In this document: piece by piece, positions 25,503-41,285 of the stretch
Position numbering within the stretch: position 1 is the first letter of the stretch
Layout: the number at the start of each line of letters is the position of its first letter
Assembly: GCF_006345805.1 (NCBI RefSeq)
Contig: NC_043002.1
Span: forward strand, 87,358,001 to 87,422,000
DNA length: 64,000 bases
Direction of reading: 5' to 3'
From: Octopus sinensis
Lineage: Eukaryota
The notes under the pieces: generated by a model
What the model was told of the DNA's origin: nothing
Database searches by the model: none
The model's input: only the letters and a program-made list of their open reading frames with translations
Translations under genes and position numbers: made by a program

Positions 25503-26479
25503 TTGTTGACCTGAATATTGTCAGCAAATTTACATCTTCAGAAAGAAGCAGTTACAAGACAGACAACTTGATAAAACAAAACAATAAAAGGACATATGAC
25601 TTGATAAAACAAAAATAAAAAATTAAAAACAATAAGATATAGAATATAAAACATTAAAAACTAGGAAAAAGGAAAGCTTGTTATTCCACATAAATTACAC
25701 AACGAACTATGAGCCATTATCCACATTTATTAGCAAAATCATTATAAAAAATAACAGCAATCATATCACACCTCATGGTGCATTGACTTTAAATGGCATA
25801 ATACTTGCACAGGAAGGAAATGAACTCATCAGGAATTTCTTAAATATTATGTCAAAAACAACACTATAAAGACATCAACACAACACTATGCACCTTTTGC
25901 CATGACTTAAACCCCTTCTGCCCATCAGGTGCCCGGAAATGTGATAAGGGTATGTAAAAATTCAAAAACGTCTGAGTTTACGAAAATCACAAATACACGC
26001 TGAGGACCCGAAGGTATCAATATGCTCTCCAACAACTATTCTTTGAAACTTCGTCGAATTTCCAGAATTTTGAAATTAAAAAGTATAACAATTCTTAAAC
26101 CCTACGAAACCCAACCAATTAAACATGCACCATAACACCAGTACACTAAAATGTACATATTCAACAATTTTAGGACGCTTTAGTCGTGATACTACAAACC
26201 CACAAATCCTTCATTCTAAATCTTGTCATTGAAACAAACTACAAAGGAATCGAATACAAGAATAGATGACAGTTTCAGAAAATCCTCACATACGTACCAT
26301 TCTAATTGCCCTCAACAATAAGAAAACTTTTCACTCCATTCCCCGCTACCCACTCAATTATGTTGTTATGCTTAACATTTACTTAAGAAACCACACAAAG
26401 GCCTGAGTAGTAAACTACTTGCAAGATCGCCAGTCTATGCAATGTTTTTCGTTACGTCACATATCGTACGCTTTTGCAG

Positions 26480-26790
26480 AGCGTTGATGACATTCCAACA
26501 AAAGACTTCCCAATTAAGCGCGAACATTCTCACTGGATGAAGCCATAGCCTTACTGAGTTCTGACTTTCTCGTAGTGTTTTCTTGGCAGAGATCGTTCCC
26601 CAACTGAATGGCCATTGGCCCACAAGGAGCTCATTCACTCTTCAATAGGTCTTGTTTTTAGTCTTATTGGGAGTCCAGGCAACCTCCTCACAGGAGTAGC
26701 AAGGTACTCAAGTGGGAGAGCCAGTTTAATCGCCGACCACTCGATCATGGAACAAGTAGTACAAATTTACATGGTACCAGTGGCAGGTCT
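26480..26790 (+). pseudogene. Possible Penelope-like RT remnant
   Basis: ANI / LDEAIALLSSDF resembles FTNIPLDEAI, and LTGVARYSSGRASLIADHSIMEQV resembles GVAMGSP.S...A.L.ME. No YxDD found. Flanks 25550-27400 may belong to the same relic. Confidence 0.4.
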
Positions 26791-28177
26791 CATCCTAATC
26801 CATAATTCTGACTGGACTATGTAATGTGCAGTAATTATAATTCTAGAATCTCTCATTTCTCGAACAGAATATCACAAAGATCTACTTATTCTGTCATTCA
26901 ACTTATATCTACATGATAATCCACAGCTCCTGAAAGCATATGCCCAGCTTCATAAGCACATGACATCACACAGGCATCCTCTCACTCTTCTGAAAATACA
27001 TTTGAAAAACTCCAAACCTACATTAATCTCTTAGAAACTTTGCTCCATGACGGACCAAGTTTCCTTTCTTACTAGGAATTATAGGGAACAACTACAAGCT
27101 GCCACCCTCAATAGCATAAACATACCATAGTCATAGAAAATAATATCAAGAGTTATATACAATGCTTCCACAACATCCGCAACATACACAAAAGTCATTG
27201 TATAGAAGGAAAATCTACGCTCAGTCACTCAGATTATTCACAATTACGCCTTTTGACTGACAGAAACATCGATTACAGCATAAAAGCAATACATTAGATC
27301 CCTCATTGAGTACAGTACCACACAAAATAAACCACAACAAACTATAAGAATACACTAAACAATGTTTTATACATTCGTAGACCTCATCAAATTATACTTA
27401 CACACAGTGTAAACAACGAAACAAAAGTGGCATGCAATAAATATCCCGCTTGCAATAAAAATCGAATGCGTAAAGTGCACTGACTAAACTAGCTAAGAAG
27501 ATGCCTTCCTGGGGTTAAAATTGCAGTATTGTCGTCTCTTAGAGAACACCCAAGGTTAAAGCGGAGATAAAGACGACCGAAACAAAAAAATAGTAACAGT
27601 TATAGTAAGAAAAATAGTTCACTCGTTTGCCATACCAAACTTCAACCACCACAATCCTCACATGCAAAATCATTTTCAAAACGTAGAGACCCATATGCAA
27701 CATATTATAACTCAATCGCCTCCGGAACTTACAAAAATATGCTCTCTTTGATTCTCAACCCGGCAAATATAAAACACAAAAACACAGATGCGGTGTTAAT
27801 ACGCATCGAATTCTAAAATATTAACGCGAGGTATGAATGCTATTAAAAGCAGGACACAAATATCGTGCTCCGATTCAATCTTCCTTGTTCATCGCTGCTG
27901 TATCCAAAATCACAATTTACAACCATAGACGGTGGAAAAAAATATATGTTCAGGTTGTCATGCTTATTCCCATACAATCCGACACCGCATGTAGTTGTGT
28001 GCAGTATGTTTTTTCAGGGAATTAGAGTTATATGCGATATCTAGAACAATAAATATGTGGATCATAACTAGCCAATCTTACCTCTCGGTAAGAACTAACC
28101 TGGTGTTACACAACAATAGTAGTACTTGCACATACGCATAAACGTATACATAATACATAAAAACGTACGTACGTACA

Positions 28178-28239
<62 letters not shown>

Positions 28240-28725
28240 CATGGTGGCTGCCCCCTCGTTATCGAGTATGGCCATTGCACGAAGCTTAATCAATATTGTT
28301 ATCGTGCAATGCCTGTGCAAGAAGTGAGTAAAGGCTGAGCACTGAGTCAATACCACTCACTAAGCAACAGCAGCCATAATCCGAAACGAAGAACAAGTCA
28401 ACATCATCGGTAACCACTGAGCCGCAGGTTTTATGTCGGAGTTATCCCAGTTACCTGAGCTACCTTCTCCTAGAAGGATGCCCTAACAAAGGCTAGGGGT
28501 CATTCACTCCCAATCGTTTAACCGCGCGATCGGGTATTCAGTCTGATTATTTCTATGTCCCCGGGCATGATACAGCCTTAATACATTTATTGGATGGCCG
28601 TTGACTTTCAAGATTTCCTCCGCCATTTGACGGGTTTTGTTTCTCATCCCGCAGGGTGTCCAATAAACACCCTCCTCGCCAAGCAAGCTTGGTGGGGTTG
28701 CCGGTTTAGTCACCGGCGACCCGAC
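28240..28725 (-). mobile_element. Probable RTE-type LINE 5' leader fragment between (ACAT)n tracts
   Basis: GC-rich; the minus strand has GGCATCCTTCTAGGAGAAGG, resembling RTE 5' UTR motifs as I recall them. Confidence 0.4.
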
Positions 28726-28840
28726 CATACATACATACATACATACATACATTCATACATACATACATACATACATACATACATGCATACATACATACGT
28801 ACATACGTACATACATACATACATACATACATACATACAT
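28726..28840. repeat. (ACAT)n microsatellite
   Basis: Seen directly. Confidence 0.95.
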
Positions 28841-30552
28841 ACGCACATACAAGATCAAATGATCAAAAAGAGATGATATGGATATAAGCTAAGTCACTAA
28901 CAGTTTTCAAGCAATTAATTCTTACAGCAAATGCCAAAAGAAAATTGGCTGCTAAAATACCTCATGTGCAGAGAAAAGACATTTTAGTCAATTGAAATAC
29001 ATCAGTAGTGAGGAAAATAAATCATTATCTTTACAATGATTTCTGTATACAAAGAAAAGGAAAACTCGGGAATTTGATTAATTGTAATGTAAAATATTAA
29101 CTGATTCAATATACAGTCAGATGAAATATGGAGTCCCAGACAAAACGTAATTTATAATAAATGGTAGGATGAGACATATATTAATAAATTTGTGAATAGT
29201 GTTATAATACTTAGTATGAGATACTTCTTTCAGTTTTATATATATATGTCTACCATGCGACGCAGGATTGTGATATCAAGAGAATTTGGATCGTCTTTTT
29301 ATATAGGAAGATTTAGACACTATTTCATGCAGACAAAGCCACCAAAAAAGAGGCCGCCTCCTTTGGCTGGCAGACTTATTGTTTTTGTTCGGGATGAATC
29401 CATGGTGTTCCTTGACTGGGTAGACCATTGACCAAACGTATTCCAGCCGTGAGCTTCCCATAATTATACTTGACATTGTGTAGCTGTGACAATATCAACG
29501 AGATCACAGTGTGTAATTTTACGGTTGCAAATGCGTATGTGTGTATACAATAAAATAATTACATTCATGATGATATATCAAAAACTTTTCAAAAAAGTTC
29601 TCTCCTCGGCCTCTTCAATGTTATTGTCAGGAAGTTGGACACAACGAAACTGAAAAGAGTGAGAAAATACGTTTATATTTTGTTTAGAATTTGTTTTAGT
29701 TTCTAATGTGTTGCGACAGACATAAAATCCATTTGCCAACGACGCCTTGTCGGAAACTGACAATGAAGAAAACAATGATTCGGAACTGGTTTCCGGCAAA
29801 AAGAAAGCAAAAACGACGTGATACACTGTCTAAAACATTATTCGTTTCTAGCCATGACTGAATTGGATCATTTCCCAGCGAAATTAAATTGACTTTATTG
29901 TGTAAATAACTAGAAATATCACAGGATTTAGATGATCAGTTGATAAATATACTGCTATATTATAGCAACATATTTCGCGAAATTGTTTAAACTGCAATAA
30001 ATAGACGAATAAACAAGCAAACAGCAATTCACAGAAGCAAATAAATGATGTGACATTTGAAAGAAAATAGCTGACACCCATAAACAAACCAATAATCGAT
30101 AAAAAAAAAGATGAAATAAATACACATTAAATACCAAAAGAAGAAAAATAAAATAAAATTTTGTGAAGCGACAAATATGAAATATAATCTAGAAAGCTTC
30201 GAGGAAAAGATAAATTGTTGTGTAATTTAATAATCATATATACACATACATATTTGTTTATGTGTATATATGTATATACAAAATACCCACACACAAACGC
30301 ACACACGCACACACACACACGCACACACATACACATGCATACATACATATACATATATATATATATATAGCGTAAAGATTGTATTAAAACCGACATAATA
30401 CGAAAAAGAAATAGCAGATAGCAAATAGGACACAGTAGGTTACGCAGAGTAAACTGCTATTATAATTTGGTTACTTTTCGACTGAAGTTCTTAGCAGATG
30501 GATTGTTGTCAAATTTGAAGTAATGTAAAGAATTAAGTTATACAAGAATCAT

Positions 30553-30555
30553 ATG

Positions 30556-30587
<32 letters not shown>

Positions 30588-30638
30588 TGTATGTATGTAT
30601 GTATGTATGTATGTATGCATGTATATATGTATGTATGT
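30553..30638. repeat. (TATG)n microsatellite
   Basis: Seen directly. Confidence 0.95.
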
Positions 30639-30669
30639 AAATATCACTCATATATATACACATACATGC

Positions 30670-31830
30670 ATACGCAAAAGAAACCGGAATTTTACAATAT
30701 TATTTTATTCTCTTGGGTGTACATGTTTACACTTTTATCACCTTCAAACTGTTCTCCATTTGAAGCAATGCATCGGTCTAGAGGCGTTTTCAGCTGTTTG
30801 AAGCAGTCTAGAACTCTTGCGAAGTGATGCCTTTTAACGCCTCTGTCGATTTTTTTCTTCACATCTTTCACATCTACAAAACGTTTTCCTTTAAGGACTT
30901 TTTTCATTCAGAGGAACAAAAAGAAGTCGCAGGGAGAAAGATCGGGTGAATAGGAAGGGTGGTTAAGCGGTGTGCAAAGGCACATTGTCGTAATGTGAAA
31001 CCATCACTCTCCACTTTTCTACAGGTTGTGGCGTTTTCGTCTCACCACGTTTCGCAAATGCTTCACAACCCTCAAGTAAAATATCTGATTAACAGTTTGA
31101 CCAGGAAGAATAGATTATGTGTAGACAATTCGTTTGTCATCGATGAAACAAATCAGCTTCGTCTTGACGTTGGACTTCACTTGACGAGCTTTTTGTGGGT
31201 GTGGTGACATCAAATGCTTCCATTGGCTTGATTGCGGCTTCGTTTCTGGGCTGGAGTCGTAGCACCAGCTTTCGTCACTAGTGATGACCTTCGAAAAAAT
31301 GGTCCGGATCAACTTCCAACTCTTCTTTCAGTTCACGACACGCGTTCAATCGTGACTGCTTTTGATCTTCCGTGAGCAAACAAGGTACAAATTTTGCTTC
31401 GACTCTTTTCATTCGAAATTTCTCGGTCAAAAATCGTTGGCAGTAGCTTCAGTACCACACCAGTCATATAAGCACGTTCGTCAATTGTTCGGCGACGGTC
31501 CTCCAAGATCAGTTCAACGAATTTTCGCGATGTTTTCATTCGTTCGGTAGGTCGATGGTTGCTCTGAACGAGGCTGGTCTTCAAGCGACAAGTGACCATT
31601 CCTAAAGCGTGAAAACCACTTGTAAACGTCTGTTTTGCTCATGGCAGCGTCCTAGTAAGCTGTCAGAAGCATGGCAAATGTTTCGGCCAAAGTTTTCCTC
31701 AGCAGAAAACAGAATTTCACGGAAACACATTGTTCCTTCGTTTCAGCCAACGCAAAATTCGGCGAACAGAAGGAAGCACTGTAAAACAAATGTGGCAATA
31801 CGACTACAGCCGACGACGCCGGTCACTTGA
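30670..31830 (-). mobile_element. Decayed mariner (irritans/Hsmar2-like) transposase remnant
   Basis: Minus-strand ORFs give ITSDESWCYDSSPETKPQSSQW, KQLKTPLDRCIASNGEQFEG, KKVLKGKRFVDV and ILEDRRRTIDE. TIRs are degenerate or lost. Confidence 0.85.
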
Positions 31831-31861
31831 CTGATGCCTGAGGGTCGCATGAAGTAGCTTC

Positions 31862-32600
31862 TAGCGACTTTGCCTTTCATCCTTTCGGGGTCGATAAATT
31901 AAGAACCAGTTGCGTACTGGGATGGATCTAATCGACTGGCCCCCTCCCTAAAAATTTTGGGCCTTGTGCCTAGAGTAGAAAAGAATATTTATTTTTAAAT
32001 TAAGGCGGTGAACTGTAGAATTGTTGGCGTGCCGGGCGAAATGCTTAGCGGTATTTCGTCCATGTGAAGGTTCTGATTTCAAATTTCGCCGAGATCGACT
32101 TTATCTTTCATTCTTTTGGGATCGATAAATTAAGTACCAGTGAAACACTGGGTTCGATGAAGTCGACTAATCCCCTCCCCAAAATTTCAGGCCTTGTGCC
32201 TTTAGTAGAAAGGAGAAGGCGGCGAGCTGACAGAAATGTTAGCACGCCGGGCGAAATGCTTAGCGGTATTTCGTCTGCCGCTACGTACTGAGTTCAAATT
32301 CCACCGAGGTCGACTTTGCCTTTCATCCCTTCGGGGTCGATAAATTAAGTACCAGTTACGCACTGGGGTCGATGTAATCGACTTAATTCGTTTGTCTGTC
32401 CTTGTTTGTCCTCTCTGTGTTTAGACCCTTGTGGGTAGTAAAGAAATAGGTATTTTGTCTGTCTTTACGTTCTGAGTTCAAATTCCGCCGAGGTCGCCTT
32501 TGGGGGTCGATAAATTAAGTACCAGTTGCGTACTGAGGTCGATTTACTCGAATGTCCCCTTCCTCCAAAATTTTGGCCCTTGTGCCTAGAGTAGAAAAGG
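31862..32600 (+). mobile_element. Cluster of four head-to-tail family A SINEs (two partial)
   Basis: Units at about 31862-31985, 32002-32212, 32217-32448 and 32449-32600, each with the GTCGATAAATTAAG core. Confidence 0.88.
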
Positions 32601-33680
32601 AATACTGTACTAGCCGGCTCTATTTTTCATCTATTTTACCCATGCTTCCATCGCAGTGTATTTCGAAACCACGATGATATCATCTACACCCTTTCTATAC
32701 ATTAGAACAACTCTAGATTCCAATGATTAAGATTTCTATGCATTTCATTTATTTCATTGCTCAGCATCATCAATAATGTAATTGAACCAGCAGTTCGTAT
32801 TGAGAAAATAGAATTTTATTTACAAATATTTTCAGCAGTTTAGGTTTACTTCCGTATGCAACCATTTTTGGTTAGCTTTCCTCACATCAAAATGTAAATA
32901 TCATTTACTTATTTTTCATTTGGGGCTGTCATTAGTTAAAATACAAAACCCCCATAGTTTAAGAAAATGAGAATGGAACTTTGTAAAGCTAATGTTTTCC
33001 CAAATGTGATGAAATGAAATGAGGCGTAAGGTAAATAGATTTTCAGCCTTAACCAAAACCATTGATAGTGTTTGCAGCTACCGTCATTTGTTATTGAGCA
33101 TCACAATACGTAGCAGTTACTCTAAGTGCATAAATTCTTTTAATATAACAACTGTATATCCATTATAACACATTAATATATACGTGCTGTAATAAAACAT
33201 TTTAAAACAAGCTAACAATGATATATAATAAATACATCAACTTAACATATATCACATATATTTGATATAGGCATGCAGAGAAAGAATAATTTAATTTTTA
33301 CTGAAAATAATTTGAAGTTTTGGAAAAACTTTGTTACAAATTGTTTCAACATTTATTTTAGATTAAAAGAATTAAAACTTCTTACTTTAATTGCTAAACT
33401 TTTCTCCAAATGTTATTTTCTTAATTCACTGTTAAAAGTTAATTTTGTTCATAAATTATTCCGAAAAATGCCACCCCCACCAAACAAAACAAAACAAAAA
33501 TAAAAACAAAAATAAAAACAAATATGCAGAGTTTAGTCCCCCAAAATTTTGGTAATATCACAATTAACATCCCTTAAAATTTTTTGTTCCCGAAGGAATT
33601 AAACTATTCGATAGTTCCGCTATTGAACTTCATACAAAATTATAAACATAAATGAATGATTTAACGGAAAGAATTTATAT

Positions 33681-34518
<838 letters not shown>

Positions 34519-34631
34519 TCATGTATGTTCTGAAATAAATATTGAGCCGGCATGATTCTGTACGACTTTAAAATGTAGTGAGCATTGTTGTGCAAAATCA
34601 AGACCAAATATGTTTATTAGAACACCCCACC

Positions 34632-34727
34632 CACACATATACATATAAACATACATACATATGTGTACAAGCGCGCGCACACACATATACATATAAACAT
34701 ACATACATATGTGTACAAGCGCGCGCA
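34632..34727. repeat. Perfect 48-bp tandem duplication
   Basis: CACACATATACATATAAACATACATACATATGTGTACAAGCGCGCGCA twice. Confidence 0.85.
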
Positions 34728-37700
34728 CACACACTATAACAACACAATTTGTTTACCGTATCATGTCATATATTCGTTGAACAAAACATTAACTCGTTTC
34801 GTATTTTCTTGTAAAATTTTAGCGATGTTCGTATTATTTTACGGTAGTGACGTGTGAACTCAGCAGGGAGTTACTTTTAGCAGGCTGTTCATTTGCTTTG
34901 TAATGTCAATTTTAGTATATGCAAAATACCATAAATTGATGCCTTATTTGATATTTATAATTGAATTTCAATAATGAGTCATGCGCTTGCGAATTTATAA
35001 GAATAAAAGAAAATAGATGGAAAATAATTTTCTATTGTAATTTATGTGGTTATATAAAGGGTTTTCATTCTGTAGGCAATCTTAACCATGCGCAGTTTAT
35101 GTTTACTGTTTCTATGCGTACAAAAAGCATTTCTTTTACGTATAAAGAATCACAAACATTTATACACTTAAGTGTGGAAAATGAATTGAAACCCAGATTG
35201 AAATGCATATTCTATAAATTTCCCTGTACTTAACACATGGAATGACACAATGTTAGACATTTAACGTTAGAAATTGCTTGGAGAAATAAATCAAGTTACA
35301 CCTTCAGCTTAAAAAATATATAGTTGGATGAAAGATTAACGTAACTCAAAAATATTTAATTGAATTTAAGATTGCAGTCGTTAGTTGGGATCTTTTACTG
35401 CTATTTTAAGGTTGTGTTACATACATATTATTAAGCTATTTAAAAAAACTAGTCAAGAATAGAACGCTTAAGAATAAAAATCTTAACAGTGGTGTATTGG
35501 TTTAATTAGAATTTTTTTTTACTCATTTCGGACGAGAAGTAAAGCTGTATTTTATTGTTTGCAAATAATTTTCTAAATGATGACGTGGTAATAATATTAA
35601 AGGTAAATCCATTCTAGAATGTTACAGATACATTCATTATCGATCTTGGAAAGAAGAAAGACAAGGAATGCTTCCAACGTGATTTGAACCCCGAACCTGA
35701 AGGAGCTAACTAATGCCTTAAGGTATTTAGTTGTGTTCATTTGAGTTTATGATTTCGAATCCTGTCAAGTCGACTTCCATTTTCATTATTTTAGGGTTGA
35801 TAAAATTGAATATCAGTCAAGTACAGAATTTAATATAAGCGTTTCGTTTCTCAAAATTTTGCTTCTGTAAAAATCTGTATTTGAATTCAGAAATGAAGAT
35901 ATGAAGGTAACTGAATTGCATAAGATACATTTTCCCTGAGTTTTATCGATTCAGATATTAACCATATTGAAATTATTCTTATTATAAACACAGGAGCTGA
36001 GATTTAGTAGGTAGTAGGGATAATAGATTACGATGACAACACACAACTCCTAGTTTATTTTATTGACCCTTACATTTTGAATTTAAATTCACCTTTCGTT
36101 CTTCTAGGATCGATAAAATAAAGTACCAATTAATTACTGGAGTAATTTAATCGACTTCTGCTCCCACACATCTTTTGGCCTTGGGCTTATGTTACAAAAT
36201 ATTATAATTGGATTGGAAGAATTATTAATGAAGTCGAACAAAAGTCGCAGTATCTATTTATGGAGCTATACAGCTTGACTTTGAATCCACTTAGGTAGAC
36301 TTTGCGTTTCATATCTCCGGGGCTGGGGCCAGGTTTGATCGACCAATATTCGCCCTCGAAATCCTGTTCTTGGGTCTATGTTAGAAGCGAATCATTCTGT
36401 TGTCGGTGGTTAGAACATCAGCAAATAATTACATATTTATGATCAGAGTTCAAATCTCACCGAAGTCGACTTCACCTTTCTCACAAATGGTGGTGATGAA
36501 ATCAGCTATACCATTTCCTCATCGTGACGTTTGCCGCCAAGCGCTAATTTTAGAAATTAAATTTTATTTCTATTTTAACACTATTAATCTTAGCTTTTAT
36601 ATTTATTTAGTGAGAATGAAATGTATTGCTATTACATTAACACTGGACAGTTTTCATTCTCCGTTCATGTTGGCGATGTATCAATATTCATTTCTTCTGC
36701 TGGATTAAATAGTTATTTATGTAGTATAAGCAGACTGGTGATTAGTTCAGCACATATATTACCATCACAAACCGGTGTGTCCTCGCCAAGTGTTTCGTAG
36801 CGTATAAATTAAAACTTTGGTTATGAATGCCATATATAATGTCGACAACTTTCTGTTTTGAAAATTTATACAAAAATAAATCAAAAACAAAATCATGATT
36901 TGCTTCAAGCTTTACAAAATATGTTTATCTCAGAATGGATAAAGTTGATAACATCTCAGATTATTTGTTGTACTGATTGTATCGATCTCAGGAGGACGGT
37001 GGGCTGGCAAAATCTTTAGGGCGGCGGACAAAATACCTTGTATTTAGTTCTGGATCTAAGTTGAAAAATCAATAAAATAAAGCACCAGTCAAGTACTGAG
37101 ATTGATTTGATCAACTGACACTGGTATTAATTATGCTTTATTTCATAGGAAACTGTTGCGAAGAATTTTAAACAAATCTCTTGTACTGTTTTTACTTAAA
37201 TAATAATGAAAGTGTAACCGCTACAAAACTTCCAACGGCCATAATATTTCCGCTAGGAATACATTATTAGATCTGATATCCATAATGCTGGAACAAGTCC
37301 ACATAACTTCTATAACAAATGTACAACAACAAACATCATGCCTAAAGAATTCAATAAAAAAATAAAAGGATGTAAAGTAATTATTTTTAAAGGAGCAACA
37401 AGTGAACACATTCTTGATGCAGTAAACAAAAATACACTGTAATAGTGTGTTCTGAAATACAACAGTTATTTTCAGTGATGCTAGTGTTCAGAATAGGGGG
37501 AAAGAAACCAATGAAAAATAATTGTGTTTAAATATCTTTAATATTTGAATTGAAATCATTGTGTTTTAAAATATAATCTTGTCAACTTGTGTAACACCTT
37601 GTTATTGTTGTTGTCTTTTAGACACGCTTAACCCATCTGCTTTTTAAAACATAAGTATCTTGCAGTTTAAAATACGCCGATGCCAACTTTGCATTCTATC

Positions 37701-39559
37701 CTTTCGGGATTGATAGTATAAAGGACTAGTCCAAGACTGCATTAACGGAACAGTTAGGTCATTGGATAAGTTGCCTTTTGCTATTCATTCTAACTTTTGG
37801 TATTCAAATTTTTTTGGGTAGACTTAATACGTGGCCCGGTTTAACACCACCATCTGATTCAAATGCCTTTAACAAACTTTCATTGTTGCAAACATCCGAA
37901 CTTGGTCTCTGATTTGAGTGTAATTTCCTTCCTTCTTGCCATCATTGTCGGAGGCCCTGAAGGATTTTGGGCACTCCTCTTTCTGAGCAAGAATTACAAA
38001 AAATTTAGGTAGTTGTTTATACCCAGGTCAGCCATGATTGAACAAACCAATGATAAACAACATTTCAACCATGACCATTCAGTTTTTTTTTCTGTAATTT
38101 TTTTATTAGTTTTTTGAAGACATAAATGTTTGAAGGAAATTTTCAATTTCTTATGGTCGATTGCTATAAAATGAGCATAACAATTTTATTGCTTTTAAAC
38201 AATGATTACATTGTATAGCCCAATGCTTTTTGTATGCTTAATTCCTAAACTGGATGTAACATGACATTTTGTCAAATTGCATCTTGCTCAAATTTGGGAA
38301 GAGTGTATAGATATATAATAGGAAAAACATATTCCTGAAATATAAGTTCTTTGATGCAGAATAGTATGAAATTTAAGGAAAAATATAAGATATTATTACC
38401 ACCAAATTGAAGTTATTTCAATATGTAATATGACTGAATGGAATATATTCAGATGATAGGAAACAAAATGTCTGAGCTGTATTACGCAGTAAAAACTTAT
38501 TAATTGACTGTCAACGCAAAACTGCCATAATGATGCCATTAATATCATAGAAAACTACTTTTTAAGAGATATGAATTTTAAATCTAAATTTAAATTGTAA
38601 CTCAAACATTGACAGAAAATGTGTGCCAATATTTTAAACGATATCCTCTTGATTTCGTAGAAAAATAATTTTTCACATTAAATTTGCTGCGAGATATTTG
38701 CATGTTATTCGTCCAGAAAAAATAATTACGAAATAGACCCAATACGATTAAGTTGTCTAAAGAAATTAAAATTTCAACTCAATTTTTTGTGAATGATTAA
38801 CAACAGGTTGTTTAGCAACATTTTTGTAGTATCAGTTACATAGCATGGTCTGCAATGTTATAATGCGCATATGTGCAATATCTGATGCGCATATGACCGT
38901 AGAAGTGTTTCGATTGTTAGAGATCCCACAAGTGAATAAGACCGCAGATGGCCTGGGGATGTTCTGTGCTGCCTGAGGTGTACGAAGAATAACGCTACTG
39001 TTCTCTACTCATTCTTTCAGGATCTGAGGATTGTTATCTTGTGGAATTAAGCTAAGCGTCTGTTGTTATGTGTGAGACGATAGAACTTTCGTCCGAGTCC
39101 GTTGTAAATATCTTCCCACCTCTTCTTTCTAGAAATAAATGCAGGTAGTTCTTTTAATAGTTTTCGTTTACCGTAAATAGGTGTACAAAAATTGCAAGCT
39201 TTCATGATGATTCACTTAACACACTCCATGCTCTTCATAAGGACAGATCAGGAATATTCATTCTAGAGAAAGCCAGGCTTTTCTAGTGTTGGAGAGATAC
39301 TGGTGCAACGAAATCTCTGCTTGCTTGGCCATTTCAAAAGAATGGAGGTAACTAAATCGTCAAAACCAATACTCTACTAACTGTTATTGTCTGTTGGTAC
39401 CAGAAATCAGGTTAGACCTCGACTCAGATACAAAACAGCATGAAAAGACTAAATTATACCCGCATTTCGAACAAAACTAAACCAGTAGAGGAAATCAGTT
39501 CAATTCTGATAATATACGACGACTCGTGACATTTCAAATGGACATCATTGGCAACAAAC

Positions 39560-39770
39560 GATGGCTGGCCTATGAAGAAATTCCCTCTATCAGTGAGGTA
39601 GTCTTTTCTTCTCCGACTACACCCTTTTCCACCTCTTTAAGTCCCTCTTGAAGAAGAACCTATGATCAAGTTGAGGTATTCTGTCCTCTAACATTTGGTG
39701 AAATGTGGGTGAAAGCGACAAGTTTGGCATGACCGAATTGGAAAGAGACAGCACTTGCCTTGATGACGAT
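39560..39770 (+). mobile_element. Possible mariner C-terminal remnant
   Basis: FSDYTLFHLFKSLL resembles PSDYHLFRSL. Very decayed. Confidence 0.3.
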
Positions 39771-39959
39771 ATATGTATGTATGTGTGTATATATGTATGT
39801 ATATGTATGCATTAATGAATTCATACATACATATATGTACGTATGTATACGGAGTTGTACTTGTCTACCAAGTGAGCTGATCTGAAACTGTGTATTGAAA
39901 CTGAAGCAACTGCTTTATGGAAGAGCGAATTAATATTACACACAAAGCTGTTAAATCTA

Positions 39960-40385
39960 TATTAATTTTGCCACTGTTAGTGTGCTTCACAAGACGCCTT
40001 TCAAGTTTTTTATATTTTAAACCTTTTCTTCCAAGTTCTCAGTTTCTGTTATCTTCCCAATGTACCACTCTGGGGTCGGAGCATCGGTGAGTTATTGCCA
40101 TATGGCTTAGAATTATAAGCACTTTCCTCAAATGCACCAGAACCTTCCAGTCATAAGCACCATGCACAAGTCTGGGAGCTGGACTTCCTTTGCTTACACT
40201 GCTTCGGTGCCCTTTCCTTGAAAAATATAGACATGAAACTTTGCATTGATTCTCAACATATTGATGTTGCTGTATGTGGTTTCAGTGTATACACATTTTC
40301 AGTGTGTCTTGCCTTTATCAGCTACGGTCAGCCATAGTATGCAACTCACAGTGAAGTGATGCCTGTATCTGAGTTTTTATAAACT
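39960..40385 (-). mobile_element. HERO-like REL non-LTR retrotransposon C-terminal remnant
   Basis: The minus strand reads LVHGAYDWKVLVHLRKVLIILSHMAIT...HWEDNRN*ELGRKGLKYKKL, matching the DW...DL..QL.FP..I..T...PWE.N.....RK..KY pattern. Confidence 0.55.
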
Positions 40386-40391
40386 AAAGAA

Positions 40392-40797
40392 AGGCAGGAG
40401 TGTCTGTGTGGTAAGTAGCTTGCTTACGAACCATATGATTCCGGGTTCAATCCTACTGCGTGGCACCTTGGGCTAGTGTCTTCTACTGTAGCATCGGGCC
40501 GACCAAAGTCTTGTGAGTGGATTAGGTAGGCGGAAACTGAAAGAAGCTCGTCGTATATATATATGCTTGTGTGTGTATATGTTTGTGTGTCTGTGTTTGT
40601 CCCCCCAACATCGCTTGACAACCGATGCTTGTGTGTTTACGTCCCCGTAACTTAGCGGTTCGGCCAACGGTACCGATAGAATAATAGGTACTACGCTTAC
40701 AAAAAATAAGTCCTGGGGTCGATTTGCTCGACTAAAGGCGGTGCTCCAGCATGGCCACATTCAAATGACTGAAACAAGTAGAAGAGTAAAAGAGTAT
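40392..40797 (+). mobile_element. SINE family C, near full length
   Basis: GGCAGGAGTGTCTGTGTGGTAAGTAGCTTGC head, GGGTTCAATCC B-box, GCACCTTGGGC box, internal TG tract, (AAGAGTA) tail. Confidence 0.9.
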
Positions 40798-41285
40798 AGG
40801 GGCAATCTAACACTCTAAATAACATATGGTTTTGCTCGAAAAGAAAGCCTAATCTACATCATGGGATGTATATGAAGCCGCAGGTATTGCAGTTGAGTAG
40901 TCCTTGTAATGTATAAACAAAGTCTAGCGGTCTTTCACTCCCAGCTGATGGCTGGCCGTTGACATTATTGACTTCATCCTACCTTTTACAAATTTTGTTA
41001 TTCGTCCTGCAGGATGTTCAACGAAAGCAACTATCCTTGCCAAGGAAGCTTGTGGCGTAGTCTCGTACCGCCTAATATTGAAACAGGTTGTACTGGGTTG
41101 CATGTTACCAGTAGCTTTAAGGGCTACCTGAAATATATACATAAATACATGCATGCATACACACACACACATACACACACATGCATGCATTTATGCTTTC
41201 CCTTATATAATCCTCTTAGTTATTTTTACGATCGTTATTATAGTAGCATAAGAACAGTTTAGAGAAGGTTTTATAGAGCGTGAAA

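Noticed and set aside
29560-29670. KFSPRPLQCYCQEVGH, resembling a LINE ORF1 zinc knuckle
   Set aside because: C-x2-C spacing is broken and no linked ORF2 seen.
37255-37440. Short frame ending IMPKEFNKKIKGCKVIIFKGATSEHILDAV, faintly like an SGNH-type ORF1
   Set aside because: Single weak motif with no context.
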